A DNA stretch of 64,000 nucleotides from Mytilus edulis (lineage: Eukaryota). The translations under genes were made by a program, and so were the position numbers. Shown in pieces: positions 37,801 through 48,501 of the stretch. The stretch covers positions 17,918,001 to 17,982,000 of the forward strand of contig NC_092347.1 of the NCBI RefSeq assembly GCF_963676685.1, written 5' to 3'. The first letter of the stretch is position 1. Each line of letters begins with the position of its first letter. Under the pieces are notes generated by a model. That model was not told the DNA's origin. It did no database searches and saw only the letters and a list, made by a program, of their open reading frames with translations.

Positions 37801-40800
37801 TGGACAGAACTTAAGAATGAAATCACCATCATCACTACAAAATGCTGCACCAACTACCTGTTTGAGTTACAGAACCACGTGAAATGATGGACAGAACTTA
37901 AGAATGAAATCACCATCACCACTACAAAATGTTGCACCAACTACCTGTTTGAGTTACAGAACCACGTGGAATGATGGACAGAACTTAAAATTAAGTCTCC
38001 ATCACCACTAAAACATGCTGCAACACCTACCTGTTTCAGTAACTGAACCACGTGGAATGCTGGACAGAACTTAAGAATGAAGTCACTATCACCACTACAA
38101 CACACTGCACCACCTACCTGTTTAAGGAACTGTACCACTTGGTATGCTGGACAGTCTTTTAGAATAAAATCGCCATCGCCACTACAACATGCTGCACCAC
38201 CTACCTGTTTGAGTAACTGAACTACGTGGAATGCTGGACAGAACTTTAGAATAAAATCTCCATCGCCAGTACAACATGCTGCACCACCAGAAACATCTGA
38301 AACCAGACAAAAACAAAGTGAATTATAGGCATTTTAAATAGGCCATAAAAAAATCTTGAAATCTGATTTTGCAGATACCGAAATACCTCTTATGAATTGT
38401 GAGTAATTATAAGCCTGAGATTATTACATGTCAGATAAATGTTCAATACGTCCTTATCTGTATTTAAACCAACCCCTTAAGAGTTATATTGTCTAGACTT
38501 ACCAGCATACAAACCATTGCCTGGAAGTGCACTGTCTCCAACTCTACCAGGATGTTTATTCGGCATCCCACTAGTTGATACGCCTAAACAAATAAAAATG
38601 GAAGGTATTCAGTACAGTGAATCTGGTGTCGACATTTCTGTACTACAGTATCAACTTCATACTACATTTAATCTTGACAGGAACTTTAAGTGTATTATTG
38701 TTCGAACGTGTATTATCTCATATAAATTTGATAATAAATCCTTGAAACGTTCAAAATTATGTCATATTTTGCTATACGAAAAAAAATATAGAAATTTTGC
38801 ATCATTACTTTTGCTTAATAAATCTGTGACATAATTTTAATATGCCTGTATATATACTTTGAATGACGATTGAAAAATTCCATCTTTAATAACGTCAACA
38901 TAAAACTAATGATACTAACCACAAGAAATGTCATCACCATCCAAAACAATCAGTCCTAGTGTATCATGACATTGGGGTGGCATTTCTCCATTAGTCTGAA
39001 AGTGATATTTATAGATTATCGTTGATCATCTCAACGAGATTGTTTTTCTCGGTTGAGCCCGTACGGCGAAAGCGAGAAAAGCAATCGAGTTGAGATGACC
39101 AAGGATAATCTGTTTATCGCTATTTTACCTATGACGACGTTGTCAATTTCACGTCAATTTCATTAGGAACGCCACGTGCCTCCTTGGTTTCTAGCGGTAA
39201 TTTTCCATCTCAAGCGAGTATCATGATATGAAAAATTATTTCAAAAAAAAGATCAAAGGAAAAATGCACAAAATAGCGATAATCTCTTATATTCCGGGTT
39301 TGGTAAAATAGAAAAGTAAAAGAGAAGAATAAAACAAAAACAAATTTCAAACACATTTCAGTTTAAAATTATAAAAAAACATGTTTACTGTAAAGGACCT
39401 TTAATATAAATACCGGTGCTCCAATTTTTTTTCCAACTTAGTTAAAATCTAAGGAATAGTACCAAAAATATATTTACATCTTCACTGGCAAGGTCAGGAT
39501 TAAACGTAAATCCTTCTTTTTCTGCAAATATTCTCGCCCCATCTGCTGTCAACATACTGTGAGTACAACGTTCCATAACACTTCTAGCCACAGAGATTGG
39601 TTTTGAAAATCTAAATAAAAAAGAAACTATAGACGAGGAGGTCCCTGATTTCCACTTCCCTATTATGCCATTTTCCGCAGGCGGAAATTTCAGTCAAAAG
39701 AATTTAAATTCAAGATATGTATTATCAAGCTCTTCTACCTTTAGAAATATGAAGATTTATACAAAATGCTAATGATGATTCACCACACTATATAGCCAAG
39801 ATGTAATAAAATTCGCTGGACCCATGAAGGGAGAAATTTATTACAGATATGTTTGCCCCCAGGATATTGTGAATCTTAAAAATTTTATTTAAGGAAACGT
39901 GCAGAAGATTTACAATTACATTAAAAAATGTGTCAGATATTGATTGCCTTTTTTGAAATTGGTTATATATACAAGATTAGATTGTAGATGTGTTTGGTTC
40001 ATTGGACACGCAAAGAGATATATTGCAATACATCGTAGAATTTTGATTAGATATGGAAGTCTACTGTTCGTATAACATAAAAAAAAAAAAACTCAACCGA
40101 CCCTTTTAGTGCAGTTACAGCTCCAAATTGCAAATGTCGTCCATTCATTACAGCGGCGTCCATTTCCAAAAATCCATGTGAATTTCTCGGTCCGCCAACG
40201 CCAACAATACAGGGACCGTACTTCATGTTTTCTTCAATGCCTATTTAAATAAGGAAAATTGTTTTATGATTCATGAAAGTCTAATTCTCCAACAAACACA
40301 CACACGCATGTATCAATGTATGTCTTATATCTCAAAACGTCAAAGGGGATTCCCAGCATGAGCAATCACGGTACGATGTGGTGACTTGCTGGTATATCAG
40401 ACCACCAAATAATCCATATCTATTCAACTAAATTTTGCAATTTTCACAGCTTTCTTAAACAAGAGTGAACACGCTGAAATGTCTCGCCTTCTTTACTAAT
40501 CATTCATATTATGTTGATAGACCTAAATATAAAGTTTTATTACAACTGTCACATAAACACAACATTAACCTAAAAAAAAACATTGATCAATGAACCATGA
40601 AAATGAGGTCAAGGTCAGAAGAACCATGCCAGGCAGACATGTACAGCTAACAATTCTTCAATACAACAAATATAGTTGACTTATTGCTTATAAATTAAGA
40701 AAAACAGACCAAAACACAAACATTTTAACACTTAGCAATGGACCGTGAAAATGAGGTCAAGGTCAAATAAAACCTGCGTAACAGACTTATAGATCATAAA

Positions 40801-43800
40801 ATATTTCCATACACCAAATATAGTTGACCAAATGCATAAAGTATTAGAAAAATAGACCAAAACTCAAAAACTTAACTTTGACCACTGAACCAAGAAAATG
40901 AGGTCAAGGTCAGTTCTATTGCTTATAGTATCTGAGATATGGACTTGACCACAAAACTTAACCTTGTTCACTGATCCATGAAATGAGGTCGAGGTCAAGT
41001 GAAAACTGTCTGACGGGCATGAGGACCTTGCAAGGTACACACATACCAAATATAGTTATCCAACTACTTATAATAAGAGAGAATTTAACATTACAAAAAC
41101 TTTTTTTTTTCAAGTAGTCACTTAACCAGGAAAATGAGGTCAAGGACATTAGACATGCGACTGACGGAAAGTTCGTAACATGAGGCATCTATATACAAAG
41201 TATGAAGCGTCCAGGTCTTCTGCCTTCTAAAATATAAAGCTTTTAAGAAGTTAGCTAACGCCGCCGCCGCCGGATCACTATCCCTATGTCGAGCTTTCTG
41301 CAACAAAAGTTGCAGGCTCGACAAAAATTACCGGAGTTTAACTTCATAAAAAACAGATATATCACAGCTGGCACTGGTTTGTATCCATAGGAAGGTCGAC
41401 TATCCATAGCTTCTATTACAATATGGATAGTCGACTTTCCCATGGATAGAAACAAGTGCCCGCTGTGAGGTATATCCTGAATTGCATTTATATACCACCT
41501 TTCAACGTCATGCCAATTTCCAATTAACCTATGTTTAAAGTCTTGCAAGAAAGAACTGTGTTTCGGAAGACAAGAACTACTAACAATAGCCCCTGGGTTT
41601 CTCAGGGGAAATAAAAAAATGTCGGAGTAGGGCTTCTTTTACCGTGATACATTCTAAATTCGAGAGAGTGAATTGGTGGTCTGACACCTACAAAGATACG
41701 CTTATTTTGATGTTATTTTCATATATTGTTCACTAGAATTGTTCATCCCTGAAAACAATAGTCGACTCCCTTAATGTGTTTACTGCCAATATACTTTTTT
41801 CGGTAATGTTATTTACATGAACCCTGTATGCAGACATAGGAAGATAAGGTATGAGTTGCAATGAGACAACTATCCACCCATGTTACAATTTGCAAAAGTA
41901 AACCATTATAGGTACGGTCTTCAAAACGGTGCTTTGGCTCACACCGAATAATCTTTATAAAAAGGATGTATGTATCCACTTTTTTTTTTAACTCATAGTC
42001 TACTAAACCAATAGAAATGTTACTATGTAGACATAGGAAGATGTAGTAAGAGTGGCAATGAGAAAGCTATCCATACATGTCACAATTTATAAAAGTAACC
42101 CATTATATATAGGTCAAAGTATGGTCTTCAAAACGGTGCTTTGACTCACACCGAATAATCTATATAAAAAGGATGTATGTATCCACTTTTTTTTAATTCA
42201 TAGTCTACTAAACCGATAGAAAACGATGTTCATGGTTTTGTTTTCGATATGGAATTGTAGTTCTGAGGGCCCTCATGGGGTTTTTGATTATGTGATTACT
42301 TGGCCGTTTTTTTAATGATTATTTGATTATTAAGCCAAATATTTCATGATTATTTGATTACCTAGGACTGTATTTTTAGTTTATGATTATTTGATTACTA
42401 AAGATAAGCAAATATTTAATGATTATGTGATTATATTGGCAAAAAAATGGTGATTATGTGATTACTAGGACCCCCCCATGAGGGGCCTCAGTTCTGTGTT
42501 CTCCAACTGTATGGAAAACATCTTTAATAAAAGCGATCATATTTATATTGTATGAATCTTGTACCATAAAAATGGAATTACACTCAAAAACAGTGTACTT
42601 ATTTAAAAATTATTCACTTTTCTCAAATTGTATACAGACTTGCTAGTTGAGCAAATTATAATTGCTATGATTTTCCCGTTATGTCTGAATCAGGAACTGG
42701 TTGTACGGTTCCTCCTTTCCTCTAAAATTTTGTTCTTGCGGTTATTTTTTAAAATTCAGTTTTCTTACTTTCTTTTATTTTATGAGTTCTTGTTTTTATT
42801 CATATAATCTTACCAAAAAAAAAATCCAGTTTTTGAGTGCTGGTCCCCTACCAGAGGGGCAGCAGATATAAATTAAAAAATCGATAAAAAGAAGGGAGTT
42901 CCATGAACCAAACGCTTCTAGTTAAATGTTTCAACAATGTATGACTTTGAAAAAATAGAACATTTTATTCAGTGTCCTAATTTCGTTGACCGACAGGTGA
43001 AATTGCTTTTTCTAAAGAAACTAAGGAACAAATATTGCCAATTAGTAAACACAGTCTGGTTTAAGTGTCAACATAGGCGGTAGGAAATCAGTAACTCGGC
43101 ATTATTTCATGTTCATTTACCCTATATATACGATTTGACATGCACTTTTTTGTCGAATTGGAAAATTTCTAAATAAGACGATTATTTGTTTTCATTTACA
43201 ATTAAAGGCCCCGAAGGACTAAAACCTGAAATGACAATAACATTAAGGATTACTAAATAAATCTTATTCAATAAAATATGATATACATATATACACATAT
43301 GGGGGTTGCAATCTTTTCATTACATATTTTAATAAATGGCTCGCCGCTTTTGGTTTAAGAAATAAACTCATCATAGATACCAGAACTGATGTATTTGCGC
43401 CAGACGCGCGTTTCGTCTACAAAAGACTCACCAGTGACGCTCGAATCTAAAAAAAGGTAAATAGGCCAAATAAAGTACAAAGTTGAAGAGCACTGAAGTC
43501 AAGTATTGAAAAGTATTGCCAAATACATTATAATTATTGCATTTTAAAACTTTCATAAAAACTAGATATAAAACTAAGAAGATGCGGCAGAATTATGATT
43601 GCCACTGAGATACATATACCAATCAGAGACCAAACTGGCAAATGATCGACATACAGATGTCTTCAGTAAGTTTATTTTCGGGTAAAATTAAGTCCTTTAC
43701 AAATTTGGATTAAAAACCTCCAAGACCGCGCCGGATTATCAGGCTGAAGTTAAACAAATGTCCTTGTCCCTTGTTGTCTCCGTTACATAAATAGGTTGTT

Positions 43801-45329
43801 TACATGTTTATATCGTGAACGGGTAACAGGTACTCGACAGGCAAACATTTAGCTCCGAGGTGTTTATATATGTCCCGAATGTCTTCCTGGATCTGGCATT
43901 TCATACCACACACTTTATACTAATAGAAGGAAGCTAATTTAATGACACTTGAACAGTTATTTATTTTAGATATATAAATCGTGTTTTTGTTACTTATGGG
44001 AAATATCAAGTGTTTGTGAATAGTTTAATCATGGAATAATCTGAAACAAAAATAGTGTAATAAACACAGTAAGTAGAAAACAATAACAATACACTATAAA
44101 ATACTCCAAACCATCACTAAAACCCCAGCAAAGCTACATGTACATCGTTCTTTGAACCGATTCATATGATATTCTTGCAGGGACAGATCGAGACTCATAA
44201 AACCATGTATACCGTAATATTTTCTGCTTTTTTACGACAGTTTTCTGTATTCAAGTACTTAACTATAGCAGAGACATATGTCTCTGACTATATGAACTAT
44301 AAAGAAAATATGAACCCAAATACTAGTATGTTTATTATAATAAACTGTTTTAATACAATCTACGGTACTAATTCATATTAGATACATCAATACACGTTTA
44401 TTTCATTTTTGGTTTATATCAATCTCGCGCGGCGGATGACTAGAGACACATAGTATTATTGCCAATTTGATATTATCATATGCGTCTCTGATCTGAACAA
44501 TTATAATCTGGGACTGTTATACTAATAGCAGTCCCAGTAATGATACGGTAAAATAAAAACAGAACTTGATTTATTATTTACATCATACTGAAATTATGTC
44601 TTACCGGCAACAGAGACATATATACACATGTGTATATATGTCTCTGCCGGCAATAAACTAAATCATAATTATATATACCAATCAACGGCAATGATACGCT
44701 TTTCTTTTTAATGTTTTCAATTTTCAATTTTAAAGTTCACTAGTCTAAGATTTTTCAGATGCAGTAAGTAGAAAACAATAACAATACACTATAAAATACT
44801 CGGCCAAACCTTCAGTTAACTGTGTGATCCCAGTATTTTACTACGGCTCCGGCCGTGTTTTCAAAAGCAAAATAATTACATGTAAACTGCAGAGGAAATA
44901 TATGATATATAATTTTTATTTTTTTTAAATCGGAAATAATATACATGAATTAATTATTCAATCAATCAATCAATCACACACAATCAATCAATCATTTAAT
45001 TAACCAATAATTAATCAATCAATCTACAAATCACGGACCAATTAAATGATTATTCGCGAGTAATTACAGCGTATCTATTCTAAAAAGATTACCGTTAGCA
45101 TAATATATTCAAGCACTTAGCTTCACGAAAAGAAAGTAAGACACTGAGTAGTTTTAAAGAGCTTTATTGGTTGTTAATAAATTAAAAACTTGAAAAAGTA
45201 GACAACAAACTCACTGTTAATCCCCTTTTCTATTGAATCAATCGACGACTGACTTGATAAAAGTGCATCCCTAGCTGTAGTTACCGCTTCTTTTGAAAAA
45301 CTCCAAGTTCCTAATATTACTTTGTTCAT
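34804..45329 (-). CDS. Type-2 asparaginase family Ntn hydrolase (N(4)-(beta-N-acetylglucosaminyl)-L-asparaginase/isoaspartyl peptidase-like), 8 exons, 291 aa
   Basis: Exons on the - strand: 45329-45215, 40240-40102, 39610-39478, 38995-38920, 38583-38503, 38296-38205, 35398-35300, 34944-34804. All have GT/AG borders and consistent phases (876 nt). Translation includes ILGTWSF, VGVGGP, EMDAAVMNG, FGAVTALKG, PISVARSVME, HSML, GARIFAEKEGF, the HD|TLG autocleavage site, GVSTSG, GRVGDS, GLYAD, GAACCTGDGDFILKFCPAFHVVQLLKQG and GEYGAG. Confidence 0.92.
35573..38288. repeat. 87-bp tandem array (~31 units) made of exon 6 of the asparaginase-like gene plus its GTAG donor
   Basis: The - strand unit is GTGGTGCAGCATGTTGTAGTGGCGATGGAGATTTCATTCTAAAGTTCTGTCCAGCATTCCACGTGGTTCTGTTACTCAAACAGGTAG (29 codons). 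The rightmost unit is the real exon, and units degenerate towards 35573. Confidence 0.95.
39013..39285. mobile_element. Small MITE-like element in asparaginase intron 3
   Basis: Ends AGATTATCG...CGATAATCT, with internal inverted segments (tcatctcaac / gttgagatga). Confidence 0.5.
40457..41327 (-). mobile_element. HINE/Helentron-type non-autonomous element in asparaginase intron 1
   Basis: The - strand begins tttttgtcgagcctgcaacttttgttgcagaaagctcgaca with (GGC)n. The internal unit aaaatgaggtcaaggtca repeats, and it ends aggcgagacatttcagcgtgttcactcttgttt. Degenerate relatives lie at ~9900-10350 and ~12625-13240. Confidence 0.75.
41830..42222. repeat. Tandem duplication (~200 bp x2) of a SINE-like fragment
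   Basis: agacataggaagat...ggtcttcaaaacggtgcttt...cacaccgaataatct...catagtctactaaacc occurs twice. The same aagatgtggtatga.tgccaat family recurs at ~9030, 13250, 20500 (reverse), 47990 and 52525. Confidence 0.8.
42265..42489. mobile_element. 225-bp MITE with GAGG termini and a 6-bp TSD
   Basis: Left end GAGGGCCCTCATGGGG, right end CCCCATGAGGGGCCTC. AGTTCT is duplicated at 42259-42264 and 42490-42495, and the interior is made of TGATTA repeats. Confidence 0.75.
43397..43440 (-). ncRNA. Type I hammerhead ribozyme motif with a mutated core, same repeat family as 24446
   Basis: The - strand reads gcgtca-CTGGTGA-gtct tttgt agac-GAA-ACGCGCGT-C-tggcgc. All three stems are present, but the core reads CUGGUGA instead of CUGAUGA. 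Confidence 0.6.
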
Positions 45330-45490
45330 TTGGTTTGTCAAGTGATCGCGAAGGAACATTGAGTTACTTCCCCTACAGGAAGTAGTATTGACCAGAATGT
45401 TTACAGATACAGAATTATTTCAGGAATGTTTACAAAGGGTGTTTTACATTGTATAAGCCCTTTCAATCTAATTATGTTTTACATGTAAGT
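45330..45490. promoter_or_regulatory. Candidate bidirectional promoter and candidate first non-coding exon of the PAM gene
   Basis: Inverted ETS-like cores TACTTCC (45365-45371) and GGAAGTA (45378-45384) lie just upstream of the - strand ATG. A + strand donor ACAT|GTAAGT is at 45484/45485. Inference only. Confidence 0.35.
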
Positions 45491-48114
45491 TATTTTAATC
45501 ACGAATTTAATGTTCTTTTTCTAAATGATTAAAACAGCGCTGTGGAGAACTCAAAATATAGTGTCATATGGTTACGTGACGGAGGCCTGTGCACAGTTTG
45601 TGTAGTAGGATCTTGGGTACATGGCACCTGGTTAAATCGGCACCAGGTCAAATCGACACCTATTTAAAGTTAATTCGGCATCATAATCATAAAATATTTG
45701 ATATAATCTGGGAACAGTCATATATACGTTCCTGATATATTAATATATATTAAAACAAGGATTTGTATATAAACTTAGTCTTACTTACTGATTATATACT
45801 TTTTATCGCACCACAGGTAAATAAACGTATTTACACTTTTGGTATTTAGCTGAATCTTGCCTCCGAATGACCTTAGATCTACTCCGAATCACCTTTTGAT
45901 GTCAAGCAACAATCACTTTTAAATTGTAGACTTCAAATAATTTAAATTATGATGTCAAAGTTTACGGGAACCTGTGTGATTTTACGTAATGGCGGACAAA
46001 TTTGCATACAAGTGGAAATACATCTATTGTAATGTTGTGATTGGTTTAACGCCGCCACATGATGACCCCCTGTGAGAGCGTAGGGGTTAGTAAATTTCTT
46101 ATGGGGTTCATGACGTGTTAACTTAATGGTGACGTCATCTTTTAATGTTGTTGTGTTTTCATTGTCTATTTTTCGACAAAACGCAGCATAAAAAGTCCAG
46201 CGTGCGATAAATTTCGTTATACAGTTCATTTGTTTGTACGTTCATTTATCTGTTCGGCTGTTTGTCCGTCCATTCATCCGTTCGTCCGTTTGTGCCCCTT
46301 TAGGTTAAAGTTTTTGGTCAAGGTAGATTTTGATGAAGCTGTATTCCAATCAACTTGACACTTACAAAATGTAGTACACATGTTCCCTGTGATACGATCT
46401 TTCTAATTCTAATGCCAAATTATTTTTTTTTACCCCAATTTACATGGTCCACTGAACATATAAAATGATAGTGCCAGTGGGGCTTCCATATTCTATGGAC
46501 ACATTCTTGTTTTGAAGATGTCCTTATAATAGTTTAATCACATGAAGATAAGAACTAAGCATTCAACAGTTCAATGATACATTTGTATATATAAGAACAT
46601 GAAGAAAACAAAATTTTGTGTAAAAACCATTACAGTCCAGCCTTTATTTATATGCTCAGCCTGTAAATTAAATCTTCCTTCAATTGTTACATAAACCTCT
46701 TTGTTTCTACACATACATTTGAAGTTGAGTATTTTGGATAAATGTCTGCCTCCCCTGTAGAGGGCATCATGTCACTTTTGTCAATGAATAACAACTCTTA
46801 GTTAAAAAAATATGTACAGTAACTGACTAATTCTGTGTTTTAAAAGTGTACCATATATAATATATGAATGCATGAGATGCCATGGGGATTATATTCTACA
46901 TATGCTCTCCTTTTAGGACTGGTTGTTACTATACACAGACACATTTTTCCTAAATTTTTCATAAGAAGCAATCCCTATATATTTGAGTGTTACCGGTAAA
47001 TAAAATTGAAAATGGAAAACATTTTCAATTCAAATGATATCCATGGTAATAAACTGTTATAGTAATATAACAGCTTGTTGCATGTGGAAGGATATTCTTG
47101 AATACAAGAAGTACATGTACAATGCATTATATCTTCTTTCAGTTTATTCTGAGTGGTCCTTAAAAAGTTTGATAGATATGATGGTACATATGTATCTATA
47201 GAATCCATTTAAAGGTGTAACATACATGTATGTGATGTAAATGTACCTAAATGGTTGCATTTTGCACTTAGAGTTGGGATCTATATATTCCAAAACAGGG
47301 GTGGTAACTACATGCAGGGACATAGATATACCATGTATACTGTTCCCAGCTACATGTATGTAGGGGTAAATTCAGTAAAAAATCTCCCATCGACTTTAAA
47401 TAATGTTAATCTATGTTTTGAATTAAAATTCATACCTGATTTCTATACTATTAAACGAGAAGACCTCATTTTTGGTGTCGCTTCTCTTCTTTCCAGAATA
47501 AATTAATCAACACGCCTCTGTGTCCTATAGGTACAGTGCATAGTCGCATTTGTCATCCATTCATATGATTATTCAGATTGAGTTATTTTAGGAGAAAAAC
47601 AAGAAAAAAGGCATCCGGATATTGTCCCGTCATTGTACGAAATTTTAAGTCAGATTAGGCTTCCGGTTTGCGTTTTTCTGTATACTTTGAACATACATAT
47701 ACTACGAATAAAGTGTATTTTCAGAATTTTATCTGCTATCATTTTCAAGTTTACTATCAACGGCAGTCACAGAGTTTATTAAATAGAGAGGGTCTGTATA
47801 CTATATCAATGCTCATCATGGATTGATTAGTAAACTTAGAATTGAAAGTAAATACGCTTTATTTATATAGTAATGAATGTTCATAATATACAGATAAGCG
47901 CTAAAATTATTCATGTGAACTTTTGATACTTTTTCTGAAATTCTCCAGTCATTAAATCTTTTACAAAATTCATTGATTACATGAAAAAAAGAAGATGTGG
48001 TATGATTGCCATGTTAAGACAACTCTCCACAAGACACCAAAATGACACAGATATTAACAACTATAGGTCACCGTACGGCCTTCAACAAAGAGCAAAGCCC
48101 ATACCGCATACTCA

Positions 48115-48501
48115 GCATCTGGTGCAAGAAAATTGGGACCGTTAATTTAATTACTACCACTGGGTCGATGCCTCTGCTGGTGGACTATTAGTCCCCGGGG
48201 GTATCACCAGCCCAGTAGCCAGTACTTCGGTACTGGCATGAAGTACGGATTTTTTGTGTTATTAAAATTTGCTGTTACAAAATATTAGAAATTATTATAA
48301 ATTAAGGAATGTATCTCCCTCATGCAAAGCTCTGATTCCTTTCACGGATTTGGTTATACTTTTTGGACCTTTTGGATTATAGCTCTTCATCTTTTATATA
48401 AACTTTGGATTTCAAATATTTTGGCCACGAGCATCACTGAAGAGACATGTATTGTCGAAATGCGCATTTGGTGCAAGAAAATTGGGACCGTTAATTTAAT
48501 T
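48115..48501 (+). mobile_element. Non-LTR retrozyme-like monomer (349-nt unit with ~37-bp terminal direct repeat)
   Basis: gcat(c/t)tggtgcaagaaaattgggaccgttaatttaatt occurs at 48115-48152 and 48464-48501. It contains a complete hammerhead and interrupts a SINE-like repeat spanning ~47990-48635. Confidence 0.75.
48431..48474 (+). ncRNA. Type I hammerhead ribozyme
   Basis: Stem I gcatca/tggtgc; core CTGAAGA (48437-48443); stem II GACA-tgtat-TGTC; GAA; palindromic stem III ATGCGCAT; NUH triplet AUU with predicted cleavage after 48468. Confidence 0.8.

Noticed and set aside
35573-38288. CRISPR array, or a repetitive protein from the + strand ORFs (MKSPSPLQHAAPPTCLSNRTTWNAGQNFR)n
   Set aside because: There are no unique spacers or cas genes and the DNA is eukaryotic. 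The + strand ORFs are broken by frameshifts and are simply the antisense reading of the duplicated exon.
38517-38834. 105-aa + strand ORF
   Set aside because: It is antisense to asparaginase exon 5 and runs into intron, with no recognisable domain.
39413-39450. Possible extra small exon between asparaginase exons 3 and 4
   Set aside because: It would need an intron of about 29 nt and would break the phase; exon 3 joins exon 4 cleanly.
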